Below are positions 13,091-27,200 of a DNA stretch of 64,000 nucleotides, one piece after another. Origin of the DNA: the human T2T-CHM13v2.0 reference genome, Homo sapiens. The stretch lies in NCBI RefSeq assembly GCF_009914755.1, contig NC_060933.1. The stretch is one strand, 5' to 3'. Position 1 is the first letter of the stretch, and each line of letters begins with the position of its first letter. The position numbers and the translations under genes were made by a program. The notes beneath the pieces were generated by a model. That model saw nothing but the letters and a program-made list of their open reading frames with translations. It did no database searches and was not told where the DNA came from.

Positions 13091-16000
13091 TGACCTTGGG
13101 CGGAGTCAGTATGTTAGGGGAGGAGCCTGTAGGGACGGCTCCTCCCTCTTTCTTGACCCAGACCTCTGTGCTCTGGCCTGCACCCTGCCCAGAGGCCCCA
13201 GAGGGCGACTTGCCATGGCTGGAAGCGATAGTTTGCTTTCAGGAGTGTTTCTCGTCTTCTTGGACCTGGAGGTTGTGCCATGTGGTTACCTGCATGGAAG
13301 ACGGTAATTTTCCACTTGTTTCCTGAAGGACACGGAAACCTTTAGATGTTGTCATCACTGTGTTTATTTAAGTCATTTTTGAAATTTCAGCTTGGAAGAC
13401 ACAGATTCAGCACGTGCCTTTCGGGAAGGGGAAGCCCTCCTAGGCTCACCTCTTAGATGCCGGCCCGGCCGAGAGGCCCCCTAATCTGTCCAGAAGAGCT
13501 GCCTGGGTGAGCACCACCCTTGGGAATGGGCCTCTGTGGCCTTGGACTTCTTAGTGACAACTTCGGCAAGATCCTGGGCCGGGCCGGAGGGGCTGCTCAC
13601 TGGAGACCTGGCCATCTTCGGAAGCCAGATCTGGCTCCAGAGCCTCGGGGGTTGCAAGTGCCCAGAACCAGGTCAGCAGAGAGGCCTGCGCTCCCACCAC
13701 AAAGGTCTGTTTGAAGTCCTGTGGGAGGGAGGACAGACACCACAAGGAAACTTCCTCCCCGGTGGGTGGGTCTCCAGCCAGGTATGGGGTCAGACAGGCT
13801 TTGGTCGGGCTGGAGGGTGAGGAGCTGTTTCTCCAATGAGGCCTGGTCCCAGGACTGAGTCCTCAGTGGGCAGGGCTTGTTGGTGTGCTGTGAAAGTGCA
13901 AGGCTTGGGGGACTGAATGGGGGACTCCCTTGGACATGGGAGGAAGAGTGAAGGTGGGGGCTGGGGTTGCTAAACTGGTTCCTCCTCCAGGGAAGCAAGC
14001 CCTGCCCTCCTGGAGCTTCCAACCTGGAGGTGGGGAGGTGGGCTGGGGGGAAGCTTTAGGGCACAGCTCAGAGAAGGCCAAGCAGGCAAGGTTGTGGGGC
14101 ACCTGGAAGGTGGGTGTCCAGCGGCCTGGCTGCTGACCTAGGCTCAGGGAACCAGCATTTGGTGGGTGAGCTGTGAGGAACGGGCCTTGACCCTAGGCTG
14201 CAGGGCTAATGAGGGCCTTTAGCCAGAGGCTCCCAGCACAGGTGAGGGGGAAACTGCCGGTGCCCCTGTGCCCTCGCGCTCTCCCAGCCCTGCCTCTCTG
14301 AGACAGATTTAATAATCCATGTCTGTCTCTCTCTCTCTCAGTTAGTATTGCAGGAGGGAAGCTTTACTTCTAAAACTTTTATTGATCCAGACACTAATAA
14401 AAGTAAAGGGTTTTTTTTTCTTCTTTCCTGCTAGAGCAAAGAACATCAGACATCAGAGCCCTAAAACACAAATGTGTTTTCCTCCTCCCTAGATCTGGGA
14501 GGGAGTTGTGGGTTGGCCTTGTTCAGATCTAGCCTCTTCAAGAAGCCTCCCTAACTTCTCAGGCCTGCAGTCATCCACCTGTTCCAGAGCAGTTAAACGA
14601 AACTGCCACATGTGCCTCTGTCTGACCCCAGAAGGCTGGGCTGTCACAGAAGCTTTCCTTCCCACCTGAGGTCCCCAGGGTTAGGGAGAGACGCCATGGG
14701 AGGCATTCAAGACCTGGCTCTTGATTTCTTGTGTCTCTCAGGGTTTGGGGTTTGGTTCTTTGGCTGCTCTGGTCTTTGTTTTTGCATCTTGATTTCATCA
14801 GGACTTACTGAGCTCTTATACTGTGTCAGACCCTCTCTTAAGACACAGAAATACAACACGTAGAGCTTGGCCACACACAGCTTACCTTGTGATGGGAGAG
14901 GCAGATAAGAAATAAGCAGAGAAACAAAGTGATTCTGCTTTGGGAAACATAGTGAAGTTCCCCTACTGAAATGTGAGTCAGGGAATTTCTGTCTGCTTTG
15001 TTCAGCACCTGTGTTCCCAGTGCCTAAATAGTGCTTGGCACATAGTTTGCACTTAAATATTTGCTAGCTGCATGAGCAAGATGCTATGAAGGAAACAAGC
15101 CAAGTGTTCCACTAGGGAGTAATGGGGGCAGGGCAGGACCTGTTGTAGATGGAGCAGTCAGGGAAGGATTGAGTTGCAGAAGATGCCAGAAGCCTGCCAG
15201 TTTGCTGTTAGAGTGTGCTGGAGCAAGAACTCCTAGCCTAGGGAGCAGCAAGTACAAAGTCCTTGAGCAGGAAACAGAGACTTTGGTGTGTGTGGTGGGG
15301 GGCGTTGGGTGTTGCTGGATGAGGTCAGAGAGTAGGTAGGTCATGACTGCCAATGTCTTTCACCTGGGTAGCAGTTCAGATTTATTCAGTGCAGTGGGGA
15401 GTAATTGAAGGCTTTTAAGGTGAGGAGTTCAGTAATCTGATTTGCATTTCTGAAGGGTCCCTCTGACTCCCCTGGTAGGGGTAAGGGGAAGCCCAGTGGT
15501 TGGGGAGGCTGCCCGGACAGCAGGCTGCCTGGGGAAGATGGAGAGGAGTAAACAGGTATGAGGGATTTCAGAGGGGGTAGCAGCAGGATTTGTGTTGGAT
15601 TGGATTCCAAAGGCCAGGGAAAGGAAGGGCTCCTGGCTTTGCTACTGAGGCTCCACGCTGGACATTTCAGACGTGAAGCTCCGAGAGGTGTCCCAGAGGC
15701 GCTGTCAGGCAAGCATGGAGACACATGGGTCCGGAGCTCAGAGGAGGATAGGGCTGGGGATGCACTTAGGAGTCGTGAGCATGCTGGAGGTATTTAGAGC
15801 TATGGGAGTGGAAAGAATCACCAAAGGAAAGTGTTGTGCTAAGGAAGTGTCTCCGAAACAGCCCTGAGGAGCTCCAGCACTGGGAGGAAAGGAGGTGAGG
15901 TGCTAGCAGCCTGTGAGAACAGAGGAAAGCTGGAGCAGGGTGGCCTGGGTTCACGGGGTAGTAAGGCACAGAAACTGGTTGACTTTGGCAACATGAAGGC

Positions 16001-17819
16001 CTTTGGTGTCCTCAAGGAGACCCAGTGGGGTCGGAACAGACAGGTGTGTTGAGTAGGAAAAGGAGGTGAGAAGGTGGCGGGGACAGCAGTGAGCAAAGAA
16101 GTGCGTGAGGACCCAGCTGGCCCAGGATGTTGAGGAGGGGAGGGCCAGGGAGGGGCCTGAATGTTCTCTGTCCACAGCGTAGGTTTACCAGCAGCAGCTG
16201 ACCCAGTGGATCTCAGCCTGGAGATTCTGATTCAGGAGCGCCGATAGGCCCCCCACAGTGATCTTTCCCAGCTCTCTGAGCCCTCTCCACCCACTCTCTG
16301 GAAGGCTTGCTCACTGTGCCCTGTCACGTTTTTGGACTGAATGCTGAGTCTGTTGACCCTGTGTTCCCCCCGTCAGCCCCTTTCCTTACACCAGTCTCTC
16401 TGGGTCCACGGCCCCTAAATAAGAGTATCCTGGAGCCTGGCTTACCTCAAGTGTCTTTCCCAGAGCAGAGCTAGACTTCCTTTACACCAAGGGTATTTCT
16501 CTGGAAGGCTCCTTTATGTGTTTGGCTTCTGGAGAAGTTTGAGATGTTTTACACAATATTTTGGTGGCCAGGAGCTCTAACCCTCACCCCCAACAACCCT
16601 GCCCCAAGACTTTTTGCTGGCTCTGGGGAGGGTTCAGAATGCATCGGCTTGAGGGTGCAGGGTTGGCATACACAGCTGGAGATAACATAATGTCTGCTAG
16701 ACGCCTGGTGGGTTTCAGTGTCTGTTGAATGAATGGCACTCAGATATTTGAGTTTGGGGTTCCCAGTTGCTTTGTTAAATGCTTTTCCTGGTTAACCAGT
16801 GTTTTTACATCTGTTATCTGCAGGGGATAGTGTATTACCTCATTTTATACATGAGGAAACTGAGACTCAGGAAAGTAAAAGGATTTGTCCAGGGTTCCAC
16901 AGTTGCTAAATGACACGACCAGAATTGGAGCCTGGGCCTGCAAAACCCCCAAATTGGGCCTCTTCTTACTGACTAATCCTGGGGGTGAGGTAGTAAGGGT
17001 GGAGGTTAAGGCACCCAGGTCTCCTACTACCTCTCAAGAATAGTGGCCAGATGTTCTGCCAGGGCTCCAAGGCATTCCTTCTGCCTCCCACCCACCTGTT
17101 TCCTCTGATGCTCGACACCCCCTCCTCTCCCCACATGCGCACCAGATGCATTCGGCTCCAGGAAGATAGGATGAGGCAAGCCTTGAACCTTGTCAAACCT
17201 TGGGGATGCTTGCGGCAAAGCCTGTAGCTTTTGGGGAGGCTGTTTCTGCAACAGGCGTGTAGGGTGGCCCTATGGCTGATGCAGAACTCCCCATAGGTAA
17301 GGTGAGCTCAGCCGGATCACATGCCATGACCACACGTGAGCATGGAAGACAAACCCAGAGAGGTCTGGAGGCAGGGCCCCTCCCGGAGAGGCAAAGCCAC
17401 TTATGCTGCCTCCTGACAGCCTGTGTGGCTTTAGGCTCTCGCTTCCCTCCTGCTCTGCCCCTCCTACTCACCCAGCAGACTTGCTTAGTCTGGGCTTGGG
17501 TAGCCGAGACAGGTTGTTTTCAGGCCTCAAAGGATTTGGGCCACAGCCCAGCCTTTCTCAGTGTTTCTCACCTTCTGTCCTTGTCTCCTTATGGGACGGA
17601 GCAGGCATCTGGAAGGTGGCAGAGGGGTGATCCTGCCTGGAAATCACTGAGGGTCCTTTTATAGAAAGAAACAGGCTGAGAGAAAGAAATGACTTGGCCA
17701 CAGTCACTACCCAAGAGGCTAGTTTCCTGTTTGTGCCTCCAGCTATCCTGGGGCAGCTTCCTTCACCCCAGCTGAAAGCAGGCTTTTGTTACGCGCTCAC
17801 TCTCAGCAAGGCTTTGTTC

Positions 17820-17995
17820 TGTATCCTCTCGGCAATCCTATGAGGTAAATAATATTATGTCCATTTTTGAGGAGGAAACAGAGAGGCCTAGGGAGGTGAC
17901 TTAACCTGTCCAAGACCACACAGGTTACAAGTGGCAGAGTCCGGGTTTGAACATAGCCTGGCTTCAGAGCTCATTTTCTTTACCATCAGGCTACA
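17820..17995. mobile_element. MIR SINE
   Basis: AATCCTATGAGGTA…CCATTTT…GAGGAAACAGAG…GTGACTTAACC…GTGGCAGAG…GGGTTTGAA. Confidence 0.6.
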
Positions 17996-18134
17996 CATTC
18001 TGAAACTTATTTGGCTTCCAGGCATCACAGAAACAGAGTGAGGGTGCTAAATCCTTGAATGACTCAGCCCCTGTGGAGTTGGACCTGAAGACGCCTCCTG
18101 GCCTTGGCTTTTCTGACCAAAGATAGCCACACTG

Positions 18135-18426
<292 letters not shown>

Positions 18427-21400
18427 AAGATAGCCACACAGCACCTACTGTGGGCCCAGCCACTCCAGGTGCCAGAATGGCCCACGCTTCTCTGAGGGTG
18501 CCGTAGACCAGGTGCTGAGACGCAGACAGTCCAGTCTCTCTTCCCTTCCTCTCCCCATCCCACTCCTATTCCAGTAACTAGGCAGGCCCTGCCCACCCTT
18601 GCCCCAGGAGAAGCTCCACTCTTGTGGACAGTGGAAGGGCCTCGGCCAGCTTGCCTGAGTCCTGGGCTTGGAAGGACGGTTGCCCCCATCTGCCTTGGTT
18701 CCCTGCACCTGCCTTTTCTTCCCCGCATCCTCCCTCTGACTGCCCGCTTTTCTCTGCTTTCACCTTCCCCTAGTGTTCCTCTTCTTTCGTGTTGTGTCAG
18801 AAGCCATGATTTCCAGTCTTCTCATCTGGAAGATGAAGGAAAAGATAGACCCGACCCCACAGGGTTCTGAGGCTCAAACTGAAAGCCTGGTGGTGGGGCA
18901 CCTGTGACAGGTGAGACTCCTCATCTTGCCCCCTTCTTTCTTCATCATGAAGAAGAGACACTGGAGGATGTGGAGCAGTTGGGGCCTGTGGTCCAGGTGG
19001 GATGGAGCAGTCAGGGCCTCGTGGAGGGAGCAGGTGGGAGGAATACTCTGGCTGGGATGGACCTCACGGGGTGTGGCCCAGCTTTGCAGCTGACTTGCAT
19101 GAAGTCCTGGCGAGCTGGGGAGCCCTTGCACCCTCAGCTTCCTCATCTGAAAGATGGGGCAATGGTAATGCCTGTCTGTGGAGTGGTGAGGAACAAATGA
19201 GACTGGGCCACAAAGTACCCAGTGCTGTGCCCAGCACATAGTGCCCAAAGAGGGCTGCTATCTCATCTCTTATTCCTGAGATTTAGCTTCCTTGTTTTGT
19301 TTTTGAGCTCTTTGGGACCTTCGTGGACTTTGAATTTTTACTATTGTTCATTGTGTCTAAAATCTTCCTCAGAAGCCGAGGGCCTCTAACCTGATCATGA
19401 ATTTTGGAGTTTCGTTTTTTTTTTTTTTTTCTTTCCTGTTTCCTGTATAGGAAAAAGGGACCTGTACCTTTAAGACCCCAGCAGGCCCAAGTAGGACACT
19501 GGCCCTTTAAAAGCACATTACAGAGAGTTGGAACATAGCCTTTGTTGAACTAGCCATGATTAGTCCCAGCGGACAGGGCTGGAGTGGCATGTCTGGGATC
19601 AGGGCGGGGCTAGGCTGGCCGGGGCCAGCCAGGAGCAGCGGACAGCAGGAAGGCTCGCCCGGCCACTCGGCTTCCCGAGCCTGGTGGCTATGCTGAGGGA
19701 TGGTGAGTGGCCTGAGCGGAGCTTAGAATAAGAGAGGCTGGGAAAGCCAGGAGGGAGGCAGCCCCAGAGCCCAGGGAGACCTGAATGAGCTGGGCGGCAG
19801 CAGACACCCTCAGTGAGTGACTGTCACAGGAGCTGGTCCCAGGAGGGACTCCGGAGCACCCTGCCCCTCTACGCAGACATCCACTGCCGGCCCAGAATGT
19901 AGAAACGGTTAGGAGGGACCTGTGAAAAAGCGGGACACCAAGAAGAGCACTGTTGCTGTTTTTAGTTTTTAAAATAAGAGGAAGCCCAGTGTGAGTTGCT
20001 CTGTCCCCCAGGCGCGGTGTCCCCTGTGGTGTGCTCCGTTGAGAACTGGGAAATGCCAGGGACTGCTGACAAGTTTTCTGAGCTGAGGAGCTTGGCCTTT
20101 GCTCTGAGTGGCCGAACCTTTGGCTGGCTGGGTGGGGCTGCACTGGGGTTTGGGGGCCATGGTATCTCTGCCCCAGCTCCTCAGCAGAACTTTGTTTTTT
20201 CTTCTCCCTTCCTGCTTCCACTCCCTAGTCCATGGGGCCCAGGCCCACTGGGTGGGGTGGAGGCGGGTGGGAGACTGGGAAGACTGTGTCTGGGCCAGGA
20301 GCGTGTTTTGGCTCTGCTTGAATATTTGAAACAGTTGTCAGAAGCCAGATCACTTTGGTGTGGTAGCGTCTTTACTGGGCAAGTACCCATTTCTGAAAAA
20401 AAGTCAGAGGAAGGATTGGGCTTGTTACAGCCAAGTCTCAGTGCAGGTTGGTCCTAACCGCCTTCATTGCCACGGCTGGGGGCGGATGAGACTGCCTGCC
20501 AGTAGGTGTCCTCACTGTTTTACAGACAGCCACCCAGGAGGTGACAAAGGCAGGGCTCAGTACATTTCTGGTGACCCAGGCTTCCTGTAGTTACTTAAAA
20601 GTTGGTGCATTTGGTCATAGGATTTTTGTAGGTTTGGTGAAAACCTGAGGCATTGACGGGCAGTGAAGAGAGTTTGAAGTTAGAGCCGAAGTGCCAGGTG
20701 TCCTGTTCCACCCTTGTGCCTGTGAATCGTGACCTCAGGCAAGCTGTTTGACCTCTCTGAGCCTCTGCTTCAGAGCAGAGGGCGTGTGCATAGGCGCAAA
20801 CCCTGGAGGGAGTTGTCAGTTCTGGGGGAGGCTTTGTGGAGGTGGTGGCCTTTGAGCCAGGCGTAGACGGATAGGCTGCTGGAGTGCAACCCCTTGAGCA
20901 GAGGCGTGCAGTTTAGCATGATGAGCCAGATAGGGCCAAGCAGGGCTGGCATGGCTGGGTTGGGACCTGGAAACGTAGCTTGGGAAGCTGGATTTTAAGT
21001 ATGTTGCTTTCTCAGTTGGAATCCTGTGGGCCAGGTGGCAGATGACAGGGCTAGCTTAGCCTGGAGTCAGCCAGTGTGGAATGTGGGGGAAAAGGGCAGA
21101 CGGTGAAGTCTGACACACTGGCCTTGGGAAGCCCCTGGAGGTGTCAGAGCCTCATTCTTTGCTGCAGTTAGCTGTGTGAGGGTCAGAGGTGCAGAGACAG
21201 CCCTACGTGCCCTTCCCAGGTATGTGGGCTCACTGTGGTGTGGTGGGTGAGCAGGTACTTGAGAGCCACAGGTGGCTTTGGTGCATGGTCACTGGCAGCA
21301 GGAGGAACTCAGCAGCCACACTCCTGGTTTTCTTTGACATGGTGTCTGAGTTTCTGCCCGTGCCAGTGGCCTGGAACCCTGTGGCTTACTGAGAGCCACT

Positions 21401-23200
21401 TTCCTGCTGTCTTGCTGCTGCTGAACACTCCTGGTTGTCTCCTGCTAGTTACAGCCTGAGAAGCAGCTGCTCTGGTGCCCCACGCAGACTTCCAGACCTC
21501 AGGCTTTGGGAGGAATGGGCAGCTGACATCCCTAGGCCCATAGCCCCACATGCTCCTGCAGACATAGTGGAGGCGCTCAGTGGCTGTGCTGGTGGCTGGA
21601 TCAACTCTGCCCAGGATTGGGGCGGGGCGGGGGTGGGGGGTGGGGTGCCTTAGCATGATACATCTTCAGCAAATTGTGCCAGGAGGCAAGGGCAACCCAC
21701 TTGACGGGGTAGGATGCTGAGGTGCAGGAGAGGCCCATCCGAGGTCCACACTCCTTTGGCCCAGTGCTCCTTCCCTTCACATCTTCACCTCTTCTGTCTC
21801 TCTGAGCTCAAGCTGCCAACAAGGAGGGAGCCTCTGTCCCAAATGGTGGCTGGAATTGAAGAGATAGCTGAGCTGGAGTGACCACTGGGGCTGGAGTCTA
21901 GGGTGCCAGCATTTGTTCGTAGATTTGTCCATCTCTTCTTAAATGGGGGTCTTTCAGATTCCTGCTTAAAACGGCCTGTACTCTGGAGCCTGCTCTTGAG
22001 GTAAGGGGGTAGAGCAGGTGAGGTGGTCTGGGGTCAGTTGGCAGAGGGGCTTTTTGAGAGCTCAGCTGTGGGGGGAGAGTCAGGAAGGATCTGCTGGGCA
22101 GAGTGAGAGACAGATCTTGGAAATGTCCTGGGCCCAGGAAGAAGCCAGGAGCATCCAGAGAAGTGCTGGCAGGAAGGGCGTGCGGGAAGGGACAGAATGC
22201 CCCGGGAAGGCAGTCTCAGCCCAGCCTGGATGGTAATGGGGGCAGCCAGGGCTGGTTACTGAGGCTGTGTATGGAGAGCTCGCTGCAGGTCAGTTGAGCC
22301 CTACAGCCAAAGGTGGTGGTGTCCCTGTTTTCCAGATGAGAAAACTGAGGCACACAGGTTAATTAATTTGACCAAAGTCACAGAGTTTTGTGTGTGTGTT
22401 TTTAAGGAACCATGCCTGCTTACCACCTTCAACCAGCATAGTGCCAGGAGCTGGGGCTCTGCGGACAAATGGCTGGTCCTTGGTTGAGGCAGGAAACCTG
22501 GCCCTCAAGGATGAGGGAAGGAGGCCATCCCTAGATCACCCCAACATGAATGGCCCACCTGGTCCCAGGAAGTAACGTGGCATGGCGCCCAGGTCTTGGG
22601 TGGAGGAGATGAGATGGAAGAAGATGCTGCCTCTGCCCCCGCATTCTAGGGGGGGCCCAGCATGAGCTAAGGAGGGCTTCCTGGATGTGGAGAGCTGGGA
22701 GGAATTAGATAAGCCAGAGGGGAAGCACTTCCTGGAGAATGGAAATACTCGCTTTTCAGCTAATTTATTCTTTTGTTTCATTATCATTTCCCACTTGGGT
22801 CTCGCATCCCCAGGGCCCTGAGGTGGCTGTTGGAGGTATTTATGGTCCCGGGTGGGGTGCAGGGACCAGTTAGAAACCAGTCCCACTCAGGCCATGATGC
22901 ATGGGTGTGTTCACATGTGAGGAGGAGCCAGGCACAGACTGAGCTCAAGGAGAGGGAACGCATGGGTCAGGGCCTTGAAACATTCTCAGGAGTGGTGCTG
23001 AGTGGAGAGATGGGGGAGGGCAGTGGGCTAGCATGTTTGTGGTGGGCTCTAGAGCTTGGGAGCTTCAGAGTTGCTGCAGTTGTGGCTGGGGTTGGAGCCC
23101 CAGGTGCTGTGCAGGGAGGTTGGGCTCTTTTCCTGGGGCTGGGGGTAGGGGGACTGTCACTCTCCCTAAACTTTCTGAGCAGCCAGGCTAAGCCTGATAG

Positions 23201-23634
<434 letters not shown>

Positions 23635-26303
23635 TAGATGCTCTTCTTTTAAAATTCAGGGCACTTCGCTGTTCTGCTGAGGTTTATGAATGTTTAAAAA
23701 CTGCTTTGCGGTCCCCAAAGTAATTTGACAAGTCTGACAGCTATTGATTAAAAACCCGAAATTATTCAGGCTGCAGGATGACTTGGGGGATTAGATGGAA
23801 AGTTTTTTGTTTCTTCTCTCTCTCTCTGCACCCCTCCTCCCCCGCAAAAAAAAAAAAAAGAAAGAAAGAAATAAGATGTGGAAAGGTAAATGTGTTCCTG
23901 AATGTTTTTTGAAAACTCCATTAGGCTTGCACAGTTTATACGGGGAGAGGATGTTGAAGGCTGCCTCTCATTCAGGAGCCAGTACCAGCGCCCTCTCGAA
24001 TCCCTGGTCTCTCCGGAGCTTTGGCCCAAGTCACCCCAGGCAGCAGTGAGATGTTGCTATTACATTATTACAGGTGATGGTAGTGGTGTTGGTAGCAGTT
24101 ATGATAGTTTATGGTCCCTTATGTTCTAGGGAGTTGACGTAGGGTTTTTGTGGCTTTCTCTGAAGTAGCTCAGCGTGTGAGGAAATGGCACCTAGAAGGG
24201 GGAGGAAACTCGTTCAGGGTCTGTGATAGACCTTAGATACAGCTGGGATAGAGACCAAAGACTCCTTCAGGGAGAGGAACGGGCCGTTGCTGGGGTGCTG
24301 GGCTGATTGGATGCCTGGCCTCCAGGCCTGACTCACTGTGAGGTAGGTGCCAAGAGTGTCCCACAGAGGGTGACCAGGCCGTTAGAACCCCAGCTTTCAC
24401 TTCTGGACCATGTGACCTAGCCAAGCCACTCCCTGTCTCTAAGCCTCAGTTTCCTCTTTAGAGAACGTCCTAAAGCTTCCATTGAGCCTTTTGGATTAAC
24501 TGGCTCATGTATTGCCCCATGAGCCAGGGCTTGTGGGACCTGAGCTTGAATACCCACTCTCCCTTTCTTCTGGGGCAGTGCTGCCTTTTGTGCAGAGTTG
24601 TTGGGAGAAGGCCATGAGATGATGTTTGTACTTTGGTGAGAACACCTGCAACTGGCACATGGTAGGTGCTTAGTAAGTGGCTGTTAGGTCCAGGCTGCCA
24701 CAGTGTCATTCATTTAGTCAGCCTATATTGGGCACCACGGGACACCAGGCCTCACAGCAAGCATGAGCTGTCCCATCCTCCTGTTTTGGTTGCAGGGTGT
24801 GGACCCTCCTCTGCCAGCTCAGCCCTGTGATGTGGGGGGAAGCACAGGCTCCCAGGGGTGAGGGCAGAAGGCCACGTGTCTCCCTGTCTCACAGCCCAGG
24901 GCGTTCTGTGTGTATGGGGGCGTCACAACTGGGTCTTGGTGACTGCTAGGACCTACCCCTTACCTTGGCCTGAGGGAACCCTAGGTTGAGAGGGACCACG
25001 CCTCTGGGCCCTGTCATCCCTGGAAGACTTCCCAGGCAGGGCAGCCAACCTTTCTGCCTTTTTAGGACAGGCTCTGTCTCCCCAGGGCCCTGGGAGCCAC
25101 CAGGCGGCTGCATTCCTCTCCTCTCCCCTGGGATCCCAGCTGGGCCAGGAGTGAGCACTGGCCTTCTGAGCAGCCGGTTCCCAGGCCAGCGGGGCAAGGC
25201 TGGGCTTGGGGAGAGAGCTCTGCTGGACATACTAGGCAGGGCGCTGCCCTGTTTATGTCCTGCCGTTTGATTCCCAGCAGGTCAGTGCATTCATTGTGAC
25301 CATGTCCAGACTCTCTTTTTTTCCAGTGTGGGCAGACGCTTCTAGCACAGCCTCTGGACCTGCCTGGCTATGACAGGCAGAAGCATGATTGGCATGTTCT
25401 GACCTGATGAGGCCTAGAGAGTCTGCTGAAGTCCTGACTGCAGAACCATCAGGTCCTGCCAGCCTTTGGGTGGGCACCAACTCTGTGGAGACAAACCTTG
25501 TCCAGGATTTCTCTTCCTTCCAGACCTGGTTGGGGTAGTGGACAGTGGCTTGGGACCACACAGGCTGGTGGGCTGGAGACTGGGGCTGGAGATGGCTGTG
25601 CTTGGGAGTCCCAGGCAGAGGGGCTAAAGGGGCCTCCTCACGGGGGTCTACTGCCCACTGCTAGGCACACCTTCTTCTCCTTTCATTTCGCCTCAGGAAA
25701 TGAAGGGCTTTTTAAAGAAATTTGAGGCATCCCAGAGCATTTGGGCAGATATGATTGATCCCCATTTTGCAGATGGGGAAAACTGAGGCATGGAGAACGT
25801 AAAGCGTTTGAGTCGTCACGGGACAGGAACAGGAAACAGCCTGGGAAGTCCATATCTTGTCACTCCAAATTGTCAAAAGTGTGACCTATCCCAGAAATGT
25901 CAGCCTTGATAGCAGCGTGTGCATCGTTCACCAGTGTTGTTCATAGCTGTGTCTCCAGCTCCTGACATCGTGGCTGGCAATGAGGTGGGCGAATGGAACA
26001 GACCAAAGAGGCATGAACAGTTATGAGCAATGGATGGGAGTCACTGACACCCCTGCCCTCCTGAGCCTCCCGCCTGCATGGTCTCATTTGATCCTTAGAG
26101 CAACCCATGAGGAAGGTGTGTCGTTATCCTCACTACGGATGGGGAAACTGAGTCCTAGAGAGTCGAATGACTTAAAGTATCCAAGGTTGTATATTTCATA
26201 AGGAATAGAGACTCGGTTTGCTCTGCAGCCAGGCACCCTTGACACTAGGCCCTCTGTCCTCCTGCCCGCTCGCAGCTGCAGGTGCATTTCTGTAGCATTC
26301 ACT

Positions 26304-26333
26304 TGTGTGCGCGCGCGCGTGTGTGTGTGTGTT
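26304..26333. repeat. (TG)n(CG)n(TG)n alternating purine-pyrimidine tract
   Basis: tgtgtgcgcgcgcgcgtgtgtgtgtgtgt. Confidence 0.9.
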
Positions 26334-27055
26334 TAATCCCAGGGCCCACTGCACTGCCTGCCTTTGTGTACTGCCCAGCCCATTACCCTGGCAGCCCTAG
26401 CCATGCAGCATGTCTTAAAGGGGCCCCCCGGCTCCTGCTTGCACACTTTCAGAGACAGGGAGCCCACTCTCTCTAAAACCAGACGAGCCTGGCCCATTCA
26501 AGGACAGCTGTGACTGAGCTGGAAGTGGCCTCTCCTGGTCCCAGCCTTGCCCTTTGGGGCCACACAGGGCAGCTCCCTCTGAGCTTTCGAGATTTGGAGG
26601 GTGACCCTGAGCCCCTTATTTTCCGACCAAACAATCCCACTCTCAATTCCCCCCACCCAATAGTTGGGAACACCCTTGCTGTGTCAAGTAGGGATTTTTA
26701 ATTACTGTAAGTTTCGGTTTGGGGTCCTTTCCCTCCTTGGAATAATGAGTTTGCTGAGCTTTTGTGTCACCGACCTTTTAAGAGAAAAAAGGATCAGAGT
26801 TGAAAAACAGCTTGTGGGTTGGCTGGAACGCTATCAGATAAGGCTAGGCCCCAGGAGCCAGGACAGTGTCCCCATTGTTCTGCCACCAGCCCTCACAATG
26901 AGCTGCTGTTGGGCCCTGGCGCTGTCTCTCATAGCAGCTCCCCGTGCCTTGTGCCCACGTTTCCTGGGCCCTGGGCAGGGGCTGCCCCATCCCTGTATCC
27001 CCCGGTCCTTCCTTCCCCACCTGGAGTGAGTGGGTCACAGCTAGTGGGTTAGCTG

Positions 27056-27200
27056 GCTGTGGACCTTTCCCTGCTGCCCGGCTGCTGTGGACCTTTCCCC
27101 CTGCCCGGCTGCTGTGGACCTTTCCCTGCTGCCCGGCTGCTGTGGACCTTTCCCCCTGCCCGGCTGCTATGGACCTTTCCCTGCTGCCCAGCTGCTGTGG
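27056..27200. repeat. Minisatellite, alternating 28/27-bp units (55-bp dimer, ~2.6 copies)
   Basis: GCTGTGGACCTTTCCCTGCTGCCCGGCT / GCTGTGGACCTTTCCCCCTGCCCGGCT alternate for five units plus a partial. Confidence 0.95.

Noticed and set aside
27056-27200. Repeat array as CRISPR-like or as an NF-kB site array
   Set aside because: No unique spacers and the DNA is eukaryotic; GGACCTTTCC does not properly fit GGGRNNYYCC.
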